From Gammaproteobacteria bacterium (GTDB lineage: Bacteria; Pseudomonadota; Gammaproteobacteria; JBCCGL01), in assembly GCA_965277715.1 (NCBI GenBank), contig OZ255836.1, forward strand, positions 3,040,001 through 3,104,000: 64,000 nucleotides of DNA, in the 5' to 3' direction. The notes beneath the pieces are model-generated. The model searched no databases and was not told the DNA's origin. It saw nothing but the letters and a program-made list of their open reading frames with translations. Of the stretch, positions 62,880 to 64,000 are shown in pieces. The translations under genes and the position numbers were made by a program. Every line of letters begins with the position of its first letter. Position 1 is the first letter of the stretch.

Positions 62880-63254
62880 ATCTTCTCAAGCATGATCAGT
62901 TATTGACAGCAAGAGCCTGGGCGATAAAAGAACTCTTTCGTGATTTTTGGATGTATAAGACAGCAGGTTGGGCAAAGCGTTTCTTTAGCGCATGGTATTC
63001 GTGGGCAAGTCGGTGCCGATTGGACAGTATAAAGAAAGTGGCAAAGATGATAAAAGCTCACTTGTCGAATATATTGACATGGTTTAAGTACACAATAAGC
63101 AATGCAGTGTCAGAGGGTTTGAATTCAAAAATTCAGACAGTCAAATCGAATGCAAGAGGATTTCGTTCGTTTGAAAGTTACCGGCGGAGTATTTTGTTTT
63201 ACTGCGGAAAGCTGGATATGGAACCAGTGGCTTCACAATAATCGGGGAAGAACC
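62880..63254 (+). mobile_element. ISL3-family transposase 3' fragment with right terminal repeat
   Basis: TARAWAIKE, SNAVSEGLNSKIQ, ARGFRSF; end GGGGAAGAACC. Confidence 0.85.
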
Positions 63255-63409
63255 AGAAAAACTATGAAGAGCCATAAATGAAAACCATTAATTCAGTAGA
63301 TCAATTATTTAAAGTTGAGTTTAAGCGGCGTAATGGGAAACGCCGTGTAGCGACAGCCTACAAAAAAAAGAAAAAAAGAGAAAAAAAGGGGTCAATCGTA
63401 TTTAGTATT

Positions 63410-64000
63410 TTACAAACAATTGAAAACCTGCTCAAACACGCCCTTCAAGCTGCCGTCTGACAGCCCACTCTTTACATAATCAATTGCAGGAGAAAGGCTA
63501 CTAACACGACTATATCCAAACATATCAACCAGCGTTTTTAACGGCATATCTCCCAATTGCTGACAACAATATATCGCTACTTTACGAGGCAGATTCGCCC
63601 GTTGTCTCCCCCGCTGTCGCGTAAGTACATCACTCGTGTTAACGCCAAACACCGCTGCCACTGCATCGACTATAGCTGCACCGTTTGGCTTGTCCGTCAC
63701 AATACGGGACAAGTCCCCCGATATGTACATCGACTCCCGGTTTTCGGCAATATACGTCTTGAAGGATTTGTCACCCAGCATCGTCGTCACATTGCCTTTG
63801 TTATAAAAACGGCCAATGTCCTCATCAATACCTTGACCAACATATGCCTTATAAGCAACGTAACGTTGTTTAGCACCGAGTGCACTATAGGTTGCCTCTC
63901 GATACAACCATTCCGGTGCTTTGGCTTGGTTGATGTAAGCGTGGTAACTCGACCAGGAATAGCTATCGAGCTTATCCGCTGTTACACTCTTTGACTTCTA
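63410..64000 (-). mobile_element. second RAYT/Y1 transposase, C-terminal part (runs off window end)
   Basis: YSWSSYHAY motif; NLPRKVAIYCCQ HTH domain paralogous to 62515-62862. Confidence 0.75.

Overview
This 64-kb window looks like chromosomal DNA from a gammaproteobacterium, probably marine (taxonomy inferred from gene content). Bases 1-17.2 kb are housekeeping: pyrE, xth/crc-like, ampG, citrate synthase, erpA, bactofilin, argC, grxC, cobD, dsbD, fxsA, and groES-groEL behind a perfect CIRCE. Bases 17-56 kb are a metabolic mosaic rich in methylamine/osmolyte and serine/one-carbon genes (two GcvT-family enzymes, glyA, betA, serA-serC-DUF1015, a CBS-type PLP enzyme). This stretch also holds an orphan MotA/MotB-like pair and at least three families of short non-autonomous repeats; the best-preserved family has TNA target duplications and a covarying internal hairpin. 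Bases 56.8-64 kb are an AT-richer accessory region: a frameshifted, truncated fusion of a catalase-fold domain to a LodA/GoxA oxidase, then an integron cassette array with no integrase in the window (MNT-HEPN, a dead orphan gene, BrnT/BrnA). The array's two outer attC sites are broken at the R'' AAC, one next to an IS91/tyrosine-recombinase element and one next to a RAYT-type element. Strongest leads: HUH elements at attC junctions, DUF1015 as a SerK/SbnI-like serine kinase, the catalase-LodA fusion lacking the distal His, and the stator-like pair with a repeat-expanded coiled coil. All family assignments come from motif recognition by eye; no searches were run.
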